DNA of 10,556 nucleotides from a virus (Duplodnaviria; Heunggongvirae; Uroviricota; Caudoviricetes): IMG/VR virus record IMGVR_UViG_2529292905_000030; one strand, 5' to 3'. Shown piece by piece: positions 7,474 to 10,556 of this stretch (position 1 is its first letter; each line of letters starts with the position of its first letter). The notes under the pieces were generated by a model. It saw only the letters and a program-made list of their open reading frames with translations, ran no database searches and was not told where the DNA came from. The position numbers and the translations under genes were made by a program.

Positions 7474-7953
7474 ATGATGCTCGCGTTAGGTATGTTTGTT
7501 TTTATGCGCCAGACGCTGCCACACCAGACCATGCAGCGTGAATCAGATTATCGCTGGCCGTCAAATTCCCGTATCGGTAAACGGGATGCCTACCAGTTTC
7601 TCGGTGTGGGTGAGGAAAACATCACGCTTGCCGGTGTGCTTTATCCCGAACTGACCGGCGGAAAGCTGACGATGACCACGCTCAGGCTGATGGCAGAGGA
7701 AGGCCGGGCGTGGCCGTTGCTGGATGGCACCGGCATGATTTACGGCATGTATGTCATCAGCAGGGTGAGTGAAACAGGGAGTATTTTCTTTGCAGACGGC
7801 ACACCCCGGAAAATTGATTTTACGCTGTCACTTACCCGCGTTGATGAATCACTGGCCGCGCTTTATGGCGATATCGGTAAACAGGCGGAATCGCTCATCG
7901 GTAAGGCGGGCAGTATGGCAACTAAATTCACGGGTATGACGGGGGCGGGATAA
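7474..7953 (+). CDS. U: Tail protein gpU
   Basis: 159-aa ORF, strong RBS AGGAGG upstream, size and position as P2 U. Confidence 0.88.
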   Translation: MMLALGMFVFMRQTLPHQTMQRESDYRWPSNSRIGKRDAYQFLGVGEENITLAGVLYPELTGGKLTMTTLRLMAEEGRAWPLLDGTGMIYGMYVISRVSETGSIFFADGTPRKIDFTLSLTRVDESLAALYGDIGKQAESLIGKAGSMATKFTGMTGAG

Positions 7954-9116
7954 TGCTGGATACGCTGACATTTGATGCAGGCAGTACGCTGACGCCGGAT
8001 TACATGCTGATGCTCGACAGCAGGGATATTACCGGCAATATCAGCGACCGTCTGATGAGCATGACCCTGACGGATAACCGGGGCTTTGAGGCTGACCAGC
8101 TTGATATTGAACTGAACGATGCCGACGGGCAGGTCGGACTGCCGGTTCGTGGCGCTGTCCTGACGGTGTATATCGGCTGGAAAGGTTTTGCCCTGGTATG
8201 CAAAGGGAAATTTACCGTTGATGAGGTTGAACACCGGGGCGCGCCGGATGTGGTCACCATCCGCGCCCGGAGTGCAGATTTCCGCGGGACGCTCAATTCC
8301 CGCCGTGAAGGTTCATGGCATGACACCACGCTCGGTGCGATTGTTGAGGCGATAGCCTCCCGTAACAGGCTGGAAGCCAGTGTCGCTCCGTCACTGGCCG
8401 GAATTAAAATTCCGCATATCGACCAGTCGCAGGAGTCTGATGCGAAATTCCTGACCCGCCTTGCTGAACGCAACGGCGGTGAGGTGTCGGTAAAAATGGG
8501 AAAACTGCTGTTTCTCAAAGCGGGGCAGGGGGTGACGGCCAGCGGTAAAAAAATCCCGCAGATTACCATCACCCGCAGCGACGGCGACCGTCATCATTTT
8601 GCGATTGCTGACCGTGGAGCTTACACCGGCGTAACGGCAAAGTGGTTACACACCAAAGACCCGAAGCCGCAAAAGCAGAAGGTAAAACTGAAACGCAAAA
8701 AGAAAGAGAAACACCTGCGCGCACTGGAGCACCCAAAAGCGAAACCGGTCAGGCAGAAGAAAGCGCCAAAAGTACCGGAAGCGCGCGAAGGTGAATATAT
8801 GGCCGGTGAGGCTGACAATGTTTTTGCCCTGACCACGGTATATGCCACGAAAGCGCAGGCCATGCGCGCCGCTCAGGCGAAGTGGGATAAACTGCAACGG
8901 GGCGTTGCGGAGTTCTCCATCAGCCTGGCTACCGGTCGGGCAGATATTTACACGGAAACACCGGTTAAAGTGTCAGGCTTTAAGCGCGTCATAGACGAGC
9001 AGGACTGGACAATCACTAAGGTGACACATTTTCTGAATAATAGCGGCTTCACGACGTCCCTGGAGCTTGAGGTCAGGCTTTCTGATGTGGAGTACGAAAC
9101 AGAAGATGATGAGTGA
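7953..9116 (+). CDS. D: Tail protein gpD (late control D family, baseplate hub-like)
   Basis: 387-aa ORF translationally coupled to U (ATAATG overlap). Size and position as P2 D. Contains an internal Lys-rich linker. Confidence 0.88.
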   Translation: MLDTLTFDAGSTLTPDYMLMLDSRDITGNISDRLMSMTLTDNRGFEADQLDIELNDADGQVGLPVRGAVLTVYIGWKGFALVCKGKFTVDEVEHRGAPDVVTIRARSADFRGTLNSRREGSWHDTTLGAIVEAIASRNRLEASVAPSLAGIKIPHIDQSQESDAKFLTRLAERNGGEVSVKMGKLLFLKAGQGVTASGKKIPQITITRSDGDRHHFAIADRGAYTGVTAKWLHTKDPKPQKQKVKLKRKKKEKHLRALEHPKAKPVRQKKAPKVPEAREGEYMAGEADNVFALTTVYATKAQAMRAAQAKWDKLQRGVAEFSISLATGRADIYTETPVKVSGFKRVIDEQDWTITKVTHFLNNSGFTTSLELEVRLSDVEYETEDDE

Positions 9117-9134
9117 TGTTTTTATTTTATCTAT

Positions 9135-9163
9135 TTGTTTTATAAGGATAAATTAACTAAAAT
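9135..9163 (+). promoter_or_regulatory. Candidate sigma70 promoter for ogr: -35 TTGTTT (9135-9140), 17-bp spacer, -10 TAAAAT (9158-9163)
   Basis: AT-rich intergenic region after D with hexamers at correct spacing about 35 nt upstream of the ogr ATG. Read by eye, not experimentally supported here. Confidence 0.4.
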
Positions 9164-9197
9164 GGCACCATCAACAAAACCGGAAGAGGTGCTCGCG

Positions 9198-9416
9198 ATG
9201 TTTCATTGTCCTTTATGCCAGCATGCCGCACATGCGCGTACAAGCCGCTATATCACTGACACGACAAAAGAGCGTTATCACCAGTGCCAGAACGTGAATT
9301 GCAGCGCCACGTTCATCACTTATGAGTCGGTACAGAGATACATCGTGAAGCCGGGAGAAGTCCACGCCGTGAGGCCGCACCCGTTGCCGTCAGGGCAGCA
9401 AATTATGTGGATGTAA
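9198..9416 (+). CDS. ogr: Late gene transcriptional activator Ogr (Cys4 zinc-finger)
   Basis: 72-aa product MFHCPLCQHAAHARTSRYITDTTKERYHQCQNVNCSATFITYESVQRYIVKPGEVHAVRPHPLPSGQQIMWM, with CxxC...CxxxxC zinc-binding motif, matching P2 Ogr as recalled. RBS GAAGAGG upstream. The ORF-track start at 9135 is an upstream in-frame extension. Confidence 0.9.
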   Translation: MFHCPLCQHAAHARTSRYITDTTKERYHQCQNVNCSATFITYESVQRYIVKPGEVHAVRPHPLPSGQQIMWM

Positions 9417-9427
9417 TTACAAACAGA

Positions 9428-9457
9428 AAGCCCCTCAGTTGAGGGGCTTTATTTATG
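9428..9457 (+). terminator. Rho-independent terminator of ogr (end of prophage late region)
   Basis: GC-rich hairpin GCCCCTCA-GT-TGAGGGGC followed by TTTATTTAT, 12 nt after the ogr stop. Confidence 0.75.
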
Positions 9458-9512
9458 GTCGATGTGGACGCTATGTGGACAGAGTTTGATATAAATCCAT
9501 TCATATCATCAG

Positions 9513-9572
9513 GTTAGGTGCTTTTTTGTGACACCATCCCTGTCTTCCCCCACATGATGTGGGGGTTTTTTT
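9513..9572 (+). ncRNA. cpxQ: Possible 3' portion of the cpxP 3'-UTR-derived sRNA CpxQ (boundaries approximate)
   Basis: Inference from position (immediately upstream of fieF, ending at a strong intrinsic terminator) and from the known derivation of CpxQ from the cpxP 3' UTR. I cannot verify the sequence from memory. Confidence 0.25.
9547..9572 (+). terminator. Rho-independent terminator of the upstream host transcript (probably the cpxP 3' UTR terminator)
   Basis: Hairpin CCCCCACA-TGA-TGTGGGGG followed by TTTTTTT. Lies between the prophage end and fieF, whose upstream neighbour in E. coli K-12 is cpxP on the same strand. Confidence 0.7.
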
Positions 9573-9600
9573 ATCCTCAATTTGCCTGCTGCTTAATGCA

Positions 9601-9627
9601 TTGCAGATGATTTGCTTCCGTTATACT
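9601..9627 (+). promoter_or_regulatory. Candidate fieF promoter: -10 TATACT (9622-9627) with weak -35 TTGCAG (9601-9606, 15-bp spacer)
   Basis: Hexamers upstream of the fieF RBS GGGAG (9644-9648). Spacing is suboptimal, so this is tentative. Confidence 0.3.
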
Positions 9628-9653
9628 AGCGTCAGTTGATAGCGGGAGTATTT

Positions 9654-10556
9654 ATGAATCAATCTTATGGACGGCTGGTCAGTCGGGCGGCGATTGCTGC
9701 GACGGCGATGGCTTCACTGCTATTGCTGATTAAAATTTTTGCATGGTGGTATACCGGGTCGGTGAGTATTCTCGCCGCGCTGGTGGATTCGCTGGTGGAT
9801 ATCGGCGCGTCGTTGACGAATTTATTGGTGGTGCGATATTCCCTGCAACCTGCCGACGATAATCACTCGTTTGGTCACGGTAAAGCTGAGTCCCTCGCGG
9901 CGCTGGCGCAAAGTATGTTTATCTCCGGTTCGGCACTATTCCTGTTTTTGACAGGCATTCAACATCTGATATCTCCAACACCGATGACAGATCCAGGCGT
10001 CGGGGTTATCGTGACAATTGTGGCGCTAATTTGTACGATTATCCTTGTCTCGTTTCAGCGTTGGGTGGTGCGCCGGACGCAAAGCCAGGCGGTGCGGGCT
10101 GATATGCTACATTACCAGTCTGATGTTATGATGAACGGCGCAATTCTGCTGGCGCTGGGGTTGTCCTGGTACGGCTGGCATCGCGCCGATGCTCTGTTTG
10201 CATTGGGAATCGGCATCTATATTTTATATAGCGCGTTACGCATGGGATATGAGGCGGTACAGTCATTACTGGATCGCGCATTACCTGATGAGGAACGGCA
10301 AGAAATTATTGATATCGTGACTTCCTGGCCGGGTGTTAGCGGCGCTCACGATCTTCGCACGCGGCAGTCAGGGCCGACCCGCTTTATTCAGATTCATTTG
10401 GAAATGGAAGACTCTCTGCCTTTGGTTCAGGCACATATGGTGGCGGATCAGGTAGAGCAGGCTATTTTACGGCGTTTTCCGGGATCGGATGTGATTATCC
10501 ATCAGGACCCCTGTTCCGTCGTACCCAGGGAGGGTAAACGGTCTATGCTTTCATAA
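9654..10556 (+). CDS. fieF: Cation diffusion facilitator family Fe/Zn efflux transporter FieF (YiiP), complete
   Basis: 300-aa product [51 protein letters not shown]... with six predicted TM helices and a C-terminal cytoplasmic domain; recognised as E. coli FieF. True start is the ATG at 9654 with RBS GGGAG, not the TTG at 9636. Confidence 0.93.

Larger units (their letters stand above)
1..9460 (+). mobile_element. P2-like prophage, right arm (tail fibre through ogr); left boundary lies outside the window, right boundary (attR) is somewhere between about 9454 and 9546
   Basis: Gene order and sizes match the P2 late region: FI 396 aa, FII 172 aa, E 91 aa, T 815 aa, U 159 aa, D 387 aa, Ogr 72 aa. 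Host gene fieF follows immediately. Confidence 0.9.

Noticed and set aside
8000-8897. Minus-strand ORFs (190, 68, 80, 83 aa) inside gpD
   Set aside because: Antisense to gpD. The Phe/Leu/Arg-rich ones mirror the Lys-rich linker (AAA/AAG codons read as TTT/CTT). No independent support.
9135-9197. Upstream in-frame extension of ogr (MFYKDKLTKMAPSTKPEEVLA) giving a 93-aa ORF
   Set aside because: The extension covers the AT-rich promoter region. Ogr family proteins are about 72 aa and begin MFHCPLC; the ATG at 9198 has an RBS.
9454-9546. Possible tRNA or small ORF in the att region
   Set aside because: No cloverleaf-compatible structure or conserved tRNA boxes seen by eye, and no ORF with start and RBS. 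More likely att core plus host 3' UTR sequence.
9636-9653. TTG start giving a 6-residue N-terminal extension on fieF
   Set aside because: The ATG at 9654 has a proper RBS (GGGAG) and gives the canonical 300-aa FieF beginning MNQSYGRL.
1-10556. CRISPR arrays, IS elements, rRNA or tRNA genes
   Set aside because: No regularly spaced direct repeats, no terminal inverted repeats flanking a transposase-like ORF, and no rRNA/tRNA-like sequence detected by eye.

Overview
The window holds the right-hand ~9.4 kb of a P2-like (Peduovirus-type) prophage and its junction with the host chromosome. On the + strand it runs: 3' part of the tail-fibre gene (H-like), a tail-fibre assembly gene, an inverted spare cassette (alternative assembly gene plus alternative fibre C-terminus), a Gin/Pin/Cin/Hin-family serine DNA invertase, then the P2 tail block FI (sheath), FII (tube), E and E+E' (chaperones, -1 frameshift), T (tape measure), U, D and the late activator ogr. 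After the ogr terminator comes a short att/junction region, a second (host-type) terminator and a complete host fieF (yiiP) gene. The most interesting structure is the invertible tail-fibre switch: two 26-bp imperfect-palindromic crossover sites in inverted orientation (215-240 and 2080-2105), positioned so that inversion fuses the constant fibre N-terminus in frame to a different receptor-binding C-terminus. I found no orphan ORF block suggesting an undescribed defence or toxin system; every ORF of plausible size is explained by the prophage tail module, the invertase cassette or fieF. Protein identifications rest on recalled similarity to P2, Mu and E. coli K-12 proteins, not on a database search.
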